A stretch of 64,000 nt of DNA. Source: a virus. Its lineage: Duplodnaviria > Caudoviricetes. The DNA lies in the IMG/VR virus record IMGVR_UViG_3300034410_000480, positions 1 through 64,000 of that record. One strand, 5' to 3'. This document shows positions 18,401-26,983 of this stretch, piece after piece. The notes under the pieces are model-generated. The model was not told the origin of the DNA and made no database searches. It saw only the letters and a list, made by a program, of their open reading frames with translations. A program made the translations under genes and the position numbers. Positions within the stretch are counted from its first letter, which is position 1. Each line of letters opens with the position of its first letter.

Positions 18401-21400
18401 CAGTATAAGTACCGGATCCGTTGCCACCTGTACCACTTGTTGTAACAGCAGTTATGCCCCCAACACCGTTTACTGTTGATACTGTAATAGTAAAGTCATT
18501 TGCAGGAGAAGCACCACCTAATTCAACACCAGATACAACAATTTGATTACCAACAGAATAGCCCTCACCTGGATTTGAAATTGCATCTAGTGTATATACG
18601 GTTGCAGTATTTGTAATATCAAATCCTGCTCCTGTACCTGCTTCGTTTACTCCTTCTATTGCAGGTAGTGTTTCTGTGTTAGCCGCAGTACCTGATATAT
18701 TTGTGTCAGTTATTCCACCGTTACCGTCAATTGTAGCAACAGTTACAACTAAGTTATTTGCAGGTGCAGTTCCGCCTAATGCAGTACCTAAAATATCTAA
18801 TGTATCACCAATACTCCAGCCTGAGCCTCCACCATTAATATTAACGCTGTACGTAGTTCCTATTCGTGAAACTTGAAGTATAGCATTTATACCGTTAGAT
18901 GCTGTGCTATAAACTACATTATTATAACTTGCAAATCCGTCAGTAGCTGTTCCTGTTTCAGATACTGCTGTAATTTCTCCACTAGCACCAACTGTACTAA
19001 CAGTAATTGTACAATCGTTGACAGCAAGTTGACCACCTAATTGATCACCTTCAATAATTATTATGTCACCTGCTTGATAACCAGAACCTCTTAAATCTGC
19101 AGGCGTACCTGTAATGTTTGCTGCTGTAATTTCTCCAGTTGCAGTAACACCTGTAACAGATATAGTTGCATCGTTAATAACATCTTCACCTCTCAACACA
19201 GCTCCAAGAATTGTTATCACAGACGATGTTGTAAAATATTCTCCACCATTAATAATTTGTAATGAATAAGACCCTGCACTTTCAGTAATTTGAAATTGTG
19301 CATTTTGTCCGTATACATTACTGCCCGAACTTGAAGGAAGTGAATAAGAGTCAAGTGCTGTACCAGTAGTTGTAATAGTATCAATACTATCATTAGTACC
19401 TAATGTATTAATTGTAATTGTACAATCATTAGCTGGGCTTGTGCCTCCTAATTCAGTCCCGTCAATTAAAAAAGTTTCATTAATAACATAACCAGAACCA
19501 GGATTTGTTACTTGTGCTGTATATGTAGTGCCTGCTTGTATTATAATAAACTGGGCATCTATACCACTAGCACCTGCATATACAGCAGTAAACGAAGTAT
19601 AAGTTGCATCTTCTGCTGCGCCTGTACCTGACGAACTCACATTCGTGATTGCTCCTGTACCTGTGTCTATGCCTGTAACAGTAATAAGTAAGTCGTTTGT
19701 ACCAGATTGACCCTGTAATTGTGCACCGTCTATTAATATCTGATCACCTGTTTGATAAGATGTTCCACCTGTTTCAATAATAACACTATATGCACCTGCA
19801 TTTACGTTAATTGTAAATTGAGCACTGGCGCCTAATGGTGCGGGGTCAAACCCGTTGACTGTTTCGTTTAAGGAACTTGTTGCTGCACTATAAACATTAT
19901 TTGTTTTTGTAATATCAAAAAATGCTCCTGATCCTACTCCAGATTGTAGTACACCTGATATTCCTGTAAAACTGCCGTCAGCTGGCGCTGCTACACCACT
20001 TTCATCAAATGTTAGAATTTCTCCACTACCGCCGATTGAAGTAACACGTATGTAAATATTATTAGCAGGATTTTGTCCTGCTAATAAATTACCCGGAATC
20101 TCTAATACATCATTTACAACATATCCTGATCCAGCATTGTTTATTGTAGTAGTATACGTTCCTGCGCTCCTACTTACATTAAATGTCGCATTTGTTCCTA
20201 TTGTTGCAGTTTGTAGTGATCCTGATAAGTCTTCATATGTCACATCTGAACCTGCTCTGTTAGCCGTTAACGGTCTGTCTAGGTTTACAGTTGTTCCCTG
20301 TATAGTAGTAACAATACCTGCGCTTCCGTCTCCTAAGTCAATTGCCATACCTACAACTATACCCGAAGTGTCTATTACATCAAAACTATTTTCGCCTTCA
20401 AGAATATCTTCAGCTGTACCAGCAGTAACTTGAACGCCTGAGCCATTTCCTATAGTACCTGTAACCTGTGAACCTGTTGGTATAGAATGTGGCAGAGCGC
20501 CTTGTTGTACAAGCGGTGCTCCTAATTCGGGTATTGTTCCGTTCACAGTTATAGTATCTGATCCTGTCGGATGAGACAGCGAAGTTGTAAATGTTCCTGC
20601 ACTACCTTGACTTGCTATTGAAAAGGTAGGCGATCCTACAGCAGCTCCTGTGTAAAACCCGGCTTTTCTAAGTTGTGTATAATAAGTAGATAACACTTCG
20701 CCTGTATTAACTCCTACTTTAGACTTTGCATAGTAGTTAAAAGTTGTGCTTGAAGGTGCGCCATTTACAACAAAGGACCCTTCTGCTCTACCAATTCCTA
20801 ATGCGGTGCCGCCTAAACCTTTAATAGTAAACGGATCACCTGGTTCAAAGTCGTGCGGTGCACTAGTTGTGACTGTTATTAAACTAGAACCAATACCCGA
20901 TGTTGCAATAGATGCATCTGTTATTACCGATATAACATTTAATTCTGTACCAGGTACTTCGTAAATACTAGGATAACCGCGCTGCATACCAATAGCTTGC
21001 CATTTAGTGGGTTGCAATCCGTATTCAAAGTCAGCATCTAGCATTGATTGTGCATTTGCTACTCTGTTTCTTTCAATAGCATCTGTACCAAAGTCAAACG
21101 GTCTTGTTCTAATTTCTTTATCTTCTACGAATATTTGTAATCTATCAGTAGCAGCATGTGTGGCAGTACTATAATATAGCTTTATACTTGTAATAGTATC
21201 AGCTGTCTGACTAAAGCTACTAAATTCTTTTTCAATGGTTGCATCAACATCTGTATCTTTTAAAAATTCAACGTCTGCAATTTTACCAGGGTCGTTAAAT
21301 GTATAAATTACTTCGCCTTTGCTAACATTTGTAATGAGCAAAATATCTTCTTCTCTAAATCTACCTTGCACACGAATAGTACCTAAACCGTTTACTTTTG

Positions 21401-22745
21401 TCGGTAATGACTCTATTCCGTTTAAAATTACGTCTGTTAATAGCGTTCTTAATGTTGTTATACTACTTACAACACCTGTTTCTGTAGTCTTAGTTAGATC
21501 AATTAATTGTGTGCTTCTTACTGGATCTTGACGAGTAGTAAATTGAGTGTTTAATAATATATAATCATTTAGCAGTGTTTCTATAAACTGGTGTGTTTCA
21601 ACCTCGGGCAATCTATTACCGTCTACTTGCGGAACTCCTTGTTTCCAGTAAAAAGATGATACTTCGTATGTGCTTTTATTACCTGTATATCTTAAATCGT
21701 GTAAATAAGCATCTATCACATATCCTATATCTCTTTCACATTTATATTCGTTATAAGTATATTCTGCAAATGCATAACCGTATGTGTCATTAGGAACTGA
21801 ATCAATGCCGTTGATTAAGGTTTGTTGTATTGTTAATATAAAATTTGAAATTTTTGTAGTAACCCCAGCTTCAGAAGGGGATCCTGCTTGTGTTTGTATA
21901 ATTTCAGTTTGTAGTACTGGAGTTTTAAGCACGTTTTGTAAAACATAATTATTATACATATTTTCTAATTCGTCAAAAATAAGTTGTAGCGGTGCTCTAT
22001 TTCCTGCTACGAGAGAAATTTCATCGTCCCAAAGTAAACGTGTTGCAGCATTTGTATTATATGTTCCTCCGTATCGTACGTCAAATTTTATGCCATCAAC
22101 AATATCATCTAACAATGTATCCCAAAATTCTTCATTATATGTATAGTCATAAAAGGGTGTTGATACTGCATCATCTAACGCACTATCAAATGAATGAACA
22201 CTTGTATCGGAAGATATACCTACATTCATTGTAATTGATGTAGCATCTGTTGCTGTGATTTCAATTAAATTATGAGCGTACGGATCGTTACCTGTAATGT
22301 TTGCCACACCAGATTCACGTGGGTATGGATGCAATGTTGCATTGTTATCTTTTTCACAGGTAAATGTTATGCCACCTATAGCAATTTTAATTTTATCGCC
22401 AACAGAAAGACTGTGGCTGCCAATTGTTATATTCAAAACACCAGTTGCACCTACATATGTAGCATTAGTAGGAGTGTAGGATAATTGGGCCGCGTCAGCT
22501 TCATTTTGTATCCATTCTTTTAATTCTCGTTTAATCCAATCATTATTTGCTGCTAGTTGTGCTGATGCATCAGGATTATCGTCGTTAGCTGTGTCTAATG
22601 CAATCCTGTAATTAATGTATTCAACTGCTTCGTCTTTGATATATTCTTTATTTGACTCGATTAATGAGTATGCATTTGGAACAACGTTTTCTAAAACGCC
22701 TCGCCCTGGGTTAAAAATATACGTAGAGAGTTTTTTCTTTGACAT
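15384..22745 (-). CDS. Giant tail/baseplate-associated structural protein (2453 aa) with internal beta-sandwich repeats
   Basis: T/G/S-rich; eight G.GY..G..I.I.G..LGG....ND..I.V repeats; helical YNEYKCERDIGY..DA module shared with the 31237 protein; lies in the late tail operon. Confidence 0.75.
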   Translation of the reverse strand: MSKKKLSTYIFNPGRGVLENVVPNAYSLIESNKEYIKDEAVEYINYRIALDTANDDNPDASAQLAANNDWIKRELKEWIQNEADAAQLSYTPTNATYVGATGVLNITIGSHSLSVGDKIKIAIGGITFTCEKDNNATLHPYPRESGVANITGNDPYAHNLIEITATDATSITMNVGISSDTSVHSFDSALDDAVSTPFYDYTYNEEFWDTLLDDIVDGIKFDVRYGGTYNTNAATRLLWDDEISLVAGNRAPLQLIFDELENMYNNYVLQNVLKTPVLQTEIIQTQAGSPSEAGVTTKISNFILTIQQTLINGIDSVPNDTYGYAFAEYTYNEYKCERDIGYVIDAYLHDLRYTGNKSTYEVSSFYWKQGVPQVDGNRLPEVETHQFIETLLNDYILLNTQFTTRQDPVRSTQLIDLTKTTETGVVSSITTLRTLLTDVILNGIESLPTKVNGLGTIRVQGRFREEDILLITNVSKGEVIYTFNDPGKIADVEFLKDTDVDATIEKEFSSFSQTADTITSIKLYYSTATHAATDRLQIFVEDKEIRTRPFDFGTDAIERNRVANAQSMLDADFEYGLQPTKWQAIGMQRGYPSIYEVPGTELNVISVITDASIATSGIGSSLITVTTSAPHDFEPGDPFTIKGLGGTALGIGRAEGSFVVNGAPSSTTFNYYAKSKVGVNTGEVLSTYYTQLRKAGFYTGAAVGSPTFSIASQGSAGTFTTSLSHPTGSDTITVNGTIPELGAPLVQQGALPHSIPTGSQVTGTIGNGSGVQVTAGTAEDILEGENSFDVIDTSGIVVGMAIDLGDGSAGIVTTIQGTTVNLDRPLTANRAGSDVTYEDLSGSLQTATIGTNATFNVSRSAGTYTTTINNAGSGYVVNDVLEIPGNLLAGQNPANNIYIRVTSIGGSGEILTFDESGVAAPADGSFTGISGVLQSGVGSGAFFDITKTNNVYSAATSSLNETVNGFDPAPLGASAQFTINVNAGAYSVIIETGGTSYQTGDQILIDGAQLQGQSGTNDLLITVTGIDTGTGAITNVSSSGTGAAEDATYTSFTAVYAGASGIDAQFIIIQAGTTYTAQVTNPGSGYVINETFLIDGTELGGTSPANDCTITINTLGTNDSIDTITTTGTALDSYSLPSSSGSNVYGQNAQFQITESAGSYSLQIINGGEYFTTSSVITILGAVLRGEDVINDATISVTGVTATGEITAANITGTPADLRGSGYQAGDIIIIEGDQLGGQLAVNDCTITVSTVGASGEITAVSETGTATDGFASYNNVVYSTASNGINAILQVSRIGTTYSVNINGGGSGWSIGDTLDILGTALGGTAPANNLVVTVATIDGNGGITDTNISGTAANTETLPAIEGVNEAGTGAGFDITNTATVYTLDAISNPGEGYSVGNQIVVSGVELGGASPANDFTITVSTVNGVGGITAVTTSGTGGNGSGTYTAVAPAYAQFNGNSATFDIQRTVSNYVVIPNNAGTGYLVGNTLVVPGSDVGGDGGTNDVTIVVESIDGTGGITNVSTSGTVTSSAALEFYSTVTMTEVLTAPLAAAVNVAFEQLATIEIDFDGPHGIVPGATVISTITSDDGSNEHALAAGSFIATSIPTSTRLSYQARTAGTIDTGIANADPVTGAVYLRPDSFFVHRPYDGGVQLGTGGPQHGAQAIRQSKNYIRYQSGKGIMYTTGALFAPSYDILNMSATDATIGSLITVEIDDADHGLQVGGGIEILGVETAGYDGLYTVTDVVNERVFKITAQTQLGSRLPTLSDSCQVSIKTWHGATVRAGAYDDQNGIFWEYDGSNLNVVQRSSTFQVAGLVSVNPDKNLVTGSNTRFKDQLKAGDRVVLKGMTHVVSQIDSQTQMSLTPDYRGVRPAVNAKLCLVKDKKVKQKDFNLDKVDGTGQSAYDVDISKMQMIGIQYSWYGAGFIDYMIRGADGNFIFTHRMRNSNINTEAFMRSGNLPVRYEVTNEGPNGKLADGIDNQQTTLPLEDASFFPALGATVYIDNEIITYTGIDGNNLTGCTRGTNLINFQAGAQRTYTAGPSAAHTRRTGVIIISNTITPIISHWGSAFITDGGFDEDRGYIFSYASTGVEISTVRQTAFLIRLAPSVSNAITGDLGDRELLNRAQLLLNGIEVTSDPLASADSGGIIVEGVLNPQNYPDAPGDVQWVSLNTQAEGGQPSFAQVVAGAGINWGVGAAVTESALTVAAGITLTATTSAYSQNNNYVYILSSPVTPIESGMVITGNNSNGQSVFRNNTIINSVNRNNQNIWFGSGYQRADRLNLNQRLQRGYAYGFTATLTYPAPDGVTTTLLFTESNFLATGATTGTPVAVSDTNFPAGTIVSSVESIELGGTLYSKVTLNQASFASFTAGDSVTFDLTAAAFAKPGETIFKFIAVPGERSELDLSPIKELTNTSLGGRGTFPNGPDVLAINIRKTSGAPIEGNVILKWGEAQA
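18170..20240 (-). repeat. Eight ~80-90-aa protein-level repeats inside the 2453-aa gene (boundaries approximate)
   Basis: Half A (G..A.F.I....G.Y...I..) and half B (G.GY..GD.I.I.G..LGG..PAND.TITV....G.IT.....GT) each occur 8 times. Confidence 0.8.
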
Positions 22746-22748
22746 GTT

Positions 22749-23711
22749 TTATGATCCTAAAGCAATTGCTAATGCAGTAACGTTTTCGTCCACATACCGT
22801 TTGTTTGCTATGCCGGTAGTTGTTGTTGGTGATTGTGTAACAGATGCTGTAGTAAATGCACCTGTTCCTGGCGTAGTTGCACCTATATTTATTCCGTTTA
22901 ATGTGCCTGCTGTTGCTTCTAGAGTTGAAAAAGATCCAGTAGCAGGTACATTGTTTCCTATGTTTATATTATTAATTGATCCTACAGTTCCACTGTCAAT
23001 TGTTACAATACCTGAGCCTCTTGCAATTAAATTTATAGGATTGTCTTGAGGACGTAAATCAATTAAGCCGCTTGTGCTTGTAATTGACGGAGCGGTTATT
23101 GCTAACCCTTCTACAGATCCTGTACTAGCTGAAATATTAACAGTACCTGATCCTGTAGGTTGTAATCTAATAGATGCATCTGCACCTAATGCGTTAATAT
23201 TGCCAGCAACAGTAAGTGTGTTAAATGAGCCATTGCCTGTTACAACAGGATCAGATATTGCAATTTGACCAAACGGAGCGCCTGTTGAATTTGTGTAACG
23301 TAACGCTGCTGGCGCATCTATAGGAACATCAAAGGTTAGAATTCCTGTGGTTTTTCCTTGGGCAGCTGCACCTGTTGTTGTTACATTATTAGTTGTAGTG
23401 TGTGATACACCAGTATTATATAGTGCAGACCCGTCTTCGTTTGAAATATTAAAATTTAATGTTGACAGTGTAAGAGCAATTGTATATCTTACACCTCTTA
23501 ACAATGTAAGTGAAGGATTGTCCGGGTCATTACCTGTTTCTCTAAATTGAGATGCACCTGATTCTGAAAATGCATAATCGGTTTCTGTTTCGTCTTCAGC
23601 AGCAATAGTAAACGACAAAGACCGGGCAGTAATGTTACCCTGGTCGTCTACTGTAAATCCTGTGCTTTTAAAACCATGTTCCGATTCAAACGGATTATAT
23701 GTAATAGGCAT
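22749..23711 (-). CDS. Tail fibre / connector protein
   Basis: NPSLTLLRGVRY...LTFDVPIDAP..LRY module, INNINIG...PATGSFS fibre repeats, ANKRYVD and C-terminal ALAIALGS. Confidence 0.7.
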   Translation of the reverse strand: MPITYNPFESEHGFKSTGFTVDDQGNITARSLSFTIAAEDETETDYAFSESGASQFRETGNDPDNPSLTLLRGVRYTIALTLSTLNFNISNEDGSALYNTGVSHTTTNNVTTTGAAAQGKTTGILTFDVPIDAPAALRYTNSTGAPFGQIAISDPVVTGNGSFNTLTVAGNINALGADASIRLQPTGSGTVNISASTGSVEGLAITAPSITSTSGLIDLRPQDNPINLIARGSGIVTIDSGTVGSINNINIGNNVPATGSFSTLEATAGTLNGINIGATTPGTGAFTTASVTQSPTTTTGIANKRYVDENVTALAIALGS

Positions 23712-23727
23712 TTAACACTCCTTACAG

Positions 23728-23735
23728 TATTTATC
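23728..23735 (-). promoter_or_regulatory. Late promoter-like GATAAATA
   Basis: Followed by SD AAGGAG and ATG 23711. Confidence 0.7.
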
Positions 23736-23737
23736 TT

Positions 23738-24148
23738 TTAGTAAGGAACCAATAAATTTTGATTTTGGAAGTAAAATGCATTGTAAACTAATTTACTATT
23801 TTTATATGCATCGTCAGTAGGAGTAGCTTTTAAACTTACATAAGAATCATTTACTGTAGCACTTAGATTTACAATTTCATTGCCTAAATTTGATCTTCCA
23901 AAAACTGTAAGTGTTGCTTTGTCTAAAGATGCAACTACTAATATTTTTAACATTTCTTTATTTTGTGTATCTAAGTCTACAAAGACTGTATACTCTGCGC
24001 CTGTAAAATCTCCTAGATAAAAACGATCAAATTCTGTTTCTTGCGGAATTGCTACCCACGGACCGGTTCTCATTAATTGTGTATCGTTTTTTAGACTTAT
24101 AGTATTTTTTCTACCTACTTGTAAATACTTGTCAATAAATATTGCCAT
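23738..24148 (-). CDS. Small structural protein, stand-alone paralogue of the C-terminal domain of the 60802 fibre
   Basis: DF..A.Y.V......KEM..I.V.....A.....G......L...SA.V....V.L.ATP aligns by eye with DFRTAKVLIQI...EMLILH...LATFSTQVSGGNIELLATP. Confidence 0.6.
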   Translation of the reverse strand: MAIFIDKYLQVGRKNTISLKNDTQLMRTGPWVAIPQETEFDRFYLGDFTGAEYTVFVDLDTQNKEMLKILVVASLDKATLTVFGRSNLGNEIVNLSATVNDSYVSLKATPTDDAYKNSKLVYNAFYFQNQNLLVPY

Positions 24149-24168
24149 TTACAATCTCCTTGATAATG

Positions 24169-24176
24169 TATTTATT
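24169..24176 (-). promoter_or_regulatory. Late promoter-like AATAAATA overlapping the carbamoyltransferase stop codon
   Basis: Followed by SD AAGGAG and ATG 24148. Confidence 0.6.
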
Positions 24177-25953
24177 CGGTTACACACGTTATTAATTTTC
24201 CAAATTCTGGTAGATATAGATAGTTAATACCACTTTGTGATAGCGTCCATAACGCATCTTCTAGTGTTTCAACAAGGGGTTCTCCCCCTAAGTTAAATGA
24301 TGTATTAAAAATAATTGGACATCCTGTTGCATCTTTAAACGCCTTGATAAGTCTATAATAGTTTGGGTTTTGTTCTTCGTTTACAGTTTGTATACGACAT
24401 GTTCCGTCTATGTGAATGATTGCAGGAATTTTTTCTTCAATACCTGGCCGACAATTTACAGCATACATCATTGTAGGTGAACTATCCATACCACGTAAGT
24501 CAAACCACTCATGTACATCTTCTTCTAATATACTACCTGCAAATGGACGAAAGTATTCTCTGTGTTTAACTTCGTTTACAAAATCTTTTCCATTTGGATC
24601 TGTAGGATCATAAAGTATACTTCTGTTTCCTAATGCACGGGGACCATTTTCCGACTTTCCTTGAAATATACTTACAATATTTTTTGTTGTAATTAAATTA
24701 ATTACATCTTTATCGACTGCATCTTGCACTGTAGCATTATATTTTTTTGCTAAAGTTTCGATTTCGTTTTTTGAATAACAGTAATGAAATCCTTCGTATA
24801 ACGTATCTGTCCTTTTTCGAACAGTTGTATCTTTAGTAATTTCATACCATTGAAGTAGTGCTGCGCCCATTGCTGTTCCGCTATCATTAGATACAGGCTC
24901 AACATATATTTCAATGTCATCTAAATTGTCTAAGTAATAGTAGTTAGCAACACAGTTTAACCCATAACCGCCACTTATTACAACCTTATTTTTACCAGTC
25001 ATTTCAACTGCTTTTTGAATTAGTTTTAACACTTGTTCTTGTGTTTGTGTTTGTACAGCATAGGCTAAGTCACGTCTATTTTGTAATAGTGTAAGATCCT
25101 GTTCTTCTTCGCCAGATTCATGTAATTCTTCGTATACATCTTTGTTAACATATGCACCGTTAGGATATGTTGGAATAATTAAATTTCTATTACTGACATC
25201 GCCGTATAGTGTACTATGAAAAAGTTTTGGAATATTTTCGTTTGGCTTACCATACGGAAACAGGCCCATTGTTTTTCCAGCTTCGATAAAATTCCATCCA
25301 CAATATTCTGTAACAGCTTCGTAAGTTTTTGTTATTCCGGCTTTTTCGGTTACATATGCTTCATGTGTGCCATTATCATTAAAGATAGTACTATCAATAC
25401 CTTCTGCAAATTTTTCAACTAATGGACCTGTAGTGCCAATATTCTTTCTTACAGTAGCTAAATTATTAGGATAAGAACAATCAAATATAGTTTCAACTTC
25501 CCAAACTATAGTATCTCCCATATTAATAAATGTACCTGCGCCGTCAACAACTAGACCAGCTGCTTCTTTAAACCCGCTTCTATAAAAAGCACATGCTGCA
25601 TGTAGTTTATGATGATAACTACTCATATCAATTACTTGAGGGTGGTCATAAGGATTTTGTTTCCTATCAATAAGACCAAGTTTTCTTGCTAAACCTGTAT
25701 ACATATCATCACCACTAAAATCTATTCTACCTGCTTCATTTAATGGTTGGGTATGTGCTACAACTAGATAATCTAATTTATCTGTATATTCTAATATTTT
25801 ATACATTCCAGCAAACGGCCCACCGTCATATTTCTGGCGGCTTAACCTTTCTTCTTCAATATTAAAAATAATTTCACCATCTTTTAAAAGACATACACTT
25901 GCGTTATGGCCTCTAGCAATAGCAGCAATCCATATAGGATCTGTTTTAATCAT
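24172..25953 (-). CDS. O-carbamoyltransferase, NodU/CmcH/TobZ family
   Basis: HNASVCL..DG......EEERLSR.K, HHKLHA, VVDGAG, GKTMGL.PYG, SGG..LNC.AN, ND.G...GAA (Kae1-like domain); E.GPRALGNRSIL, K.RE.FRPFA, H.DGT.R.QTV, NTSFN (YrdC-like domain). Confidence 0.95.
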   Translation of the reverse strand: MIKTDPIWIAAIARGHNASVCLLKDGEIIFNIEEERLSRQKYDGGPFAGMYKILEYTDKLDYLVVAHTQPLNEAGRIDFSGDDMYTGLARKLGLIDRKQNPYDHPQVIDMSSYHHKLHAACAFYRSGFKEAAGLVVDGAGTFINMGDTIVWEVETIFDCSYPNNLATVRKNIGTTGPLVEKFAEGIDSTIFNDNGTHEAYVTEKAGITKTYEAVTEYCGWNFIEAGKTMGLFPYGKPNENIPKLFHSTLYGDVSNRNLIIPTYPNGAYVNKDVYEELHESGEEEQDLTLLQNRRDLAYAVQTQTQEQVLKLIQKAVEMTGKNKVVISGGYGLNCVANYYYLDNLDDIEIYVEPVSNDSGTAMGAALLQWYEITKDTTVRKRTDTLYEGFHYCYSKNEIETLAKKYNATVQDAVDKDVINLITTKNIVSIFQGKSENGPRALGNRSILYDPTDPNGKDFVNEVKHREYFRPFAGSILEEDVHEWFDLRGMDSSPTMMYAVNCRPGIEEKIPAIIHIDGTCRIQTVNEEQNPNYYRLIKAFKDATGCPIIFNTSFNLGGEPLVETLEDALWTLSQSGINYLYLPEFGKLITCVTE

Positions 25954-26924
25954 TATGCTGCATCCTTTAGCTCAGGTTTACCATTCCATTTTTTTTGATT
26001 TTTAACACACGATTCAACAATGACATTTTCTATTTTATCATTCATTCTCATAACACCTTCGTTCATTCTATCTGTATATTCATCTACAGTTATACGTATA
26101 GGACTATACATTCTAGCATCTTCTCCCATATCTAAAATATCAAAATATTTACAGCCAGGATATGATACATTTATTTCATATGTACTACCTAAAACAATTG
26201 TTGCAGGTGTGCGCAATGCATATGACATATGTTGTCCTACACTATCGCATCCTAAAAAATAATCTGCTTGATTTATAATAGCAGACCATTCTCTTAAGTC
26301 AGCTCCTTGAGGTATAGCTATAGGTTCTTTAATATCGTAGTCACCAAATTGTATACCTATTTCTGACATAAACACTACTGCAAACTTTTTAGAAAGTTTT
26401 CTCACAATACTTACAACAGCTTCAGGCTCGAAACTCCTTCCAGTAGGATCTAAAATCATACCGTCTTCATTCATAATACCTCTACCAAATGGCTGAAATA
26501 CTATTACTTTTTCTTTTTTTGTTTTTTCTTTAATTTCTTTTATAAGTTTTTGTGCAAAGACAGTTTCTTGTTTTCCAAGGTAGATGTGAGGACGAGGCAA
26601 ATCCCTAAGACCTTGTTTATTAATTTCTATGTCGTATGCTTGAGCTAAACTGCATTTTTGATTATAATATTCCCAAACTCTATACGGCTCAGGACTTATT
26701 AAATCCATATCTTTTAATTTATCTTCAAATAAATTTTTATGCCATACATCGTATGCACGTTTATGCAATTGCGGATGTCCTTTATAAAAATCAGTTCCGC
26801 CCTCACAGACTATTATAAAATCGTTATTTGGATTTTCTTTTTCGAACAATTCTAATGCTGGAATGCTTGTAATTACACGGCCTGCGCCGCCATTAATAAA
26901 AAATGCTTTGTTTCTTTCTGTCAT
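25953..26924 (-). CDS. GT-B glycosyltransferase, GT9 (ADP-heptose heptosyltransferase)-like, with atypical active site
   Basis: FFINGGAGRVITSIPAL (WaaC has IVKTSSMGDVLHTLPAL); LREWSAIINQADYFLGCDSVGQHMSYAL..P...LGST (GT9 E...D(T/S)G..H motif); coupled by TAATG to the carbamoyltransferase. Confidence 0.8.
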   Translation of the reverse strand: MTERNKAFFINGGAGRVITSIPALELFEKENPNNDFIIVCEGGTDFYKGHPQLHKRAYDVWHKNLFEDKLKDMDLISPEPYRVWEYYNQKCSLAQAYDIEINKQGLRDLPRPHIYLGKQETVFAQKLIKEIKEKTKKEKVIVFQPFGRGIMNEDGMILDPTGRSFEPEAVVSIVRKLSKKFAVVFMSEIGIQFGDYDIKEPIAIPQGADLREWSAIINQADYFLGCDSVGQHMSYALRTPATIVLGSTYEINVSYPGCKYFDILDMGEDARMYSPIRITVDEYTDRMNEGVMRMNDKIENVIVESCVKNQKKWNGKPELKDAA

Positions 26925-26961
26925 AAAAATACCTCTCTATAAATTACTTATAGAGAGGTAT
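26925..26961 (-). promoter_or_regulatory. Terminator-like 14-bp hairpin that sequesters the GT9 SD and contains a TATAAGTA late-box variant
   Basis: Minus strand reads ATACCTCTCTATAA-GTAAT-TTATAGAGAGGTAT-TTTT-ATG. Confidence 0.8.
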
Positions 26962-26983
26962 ACAAAATTAAACTAAAAGTGGT

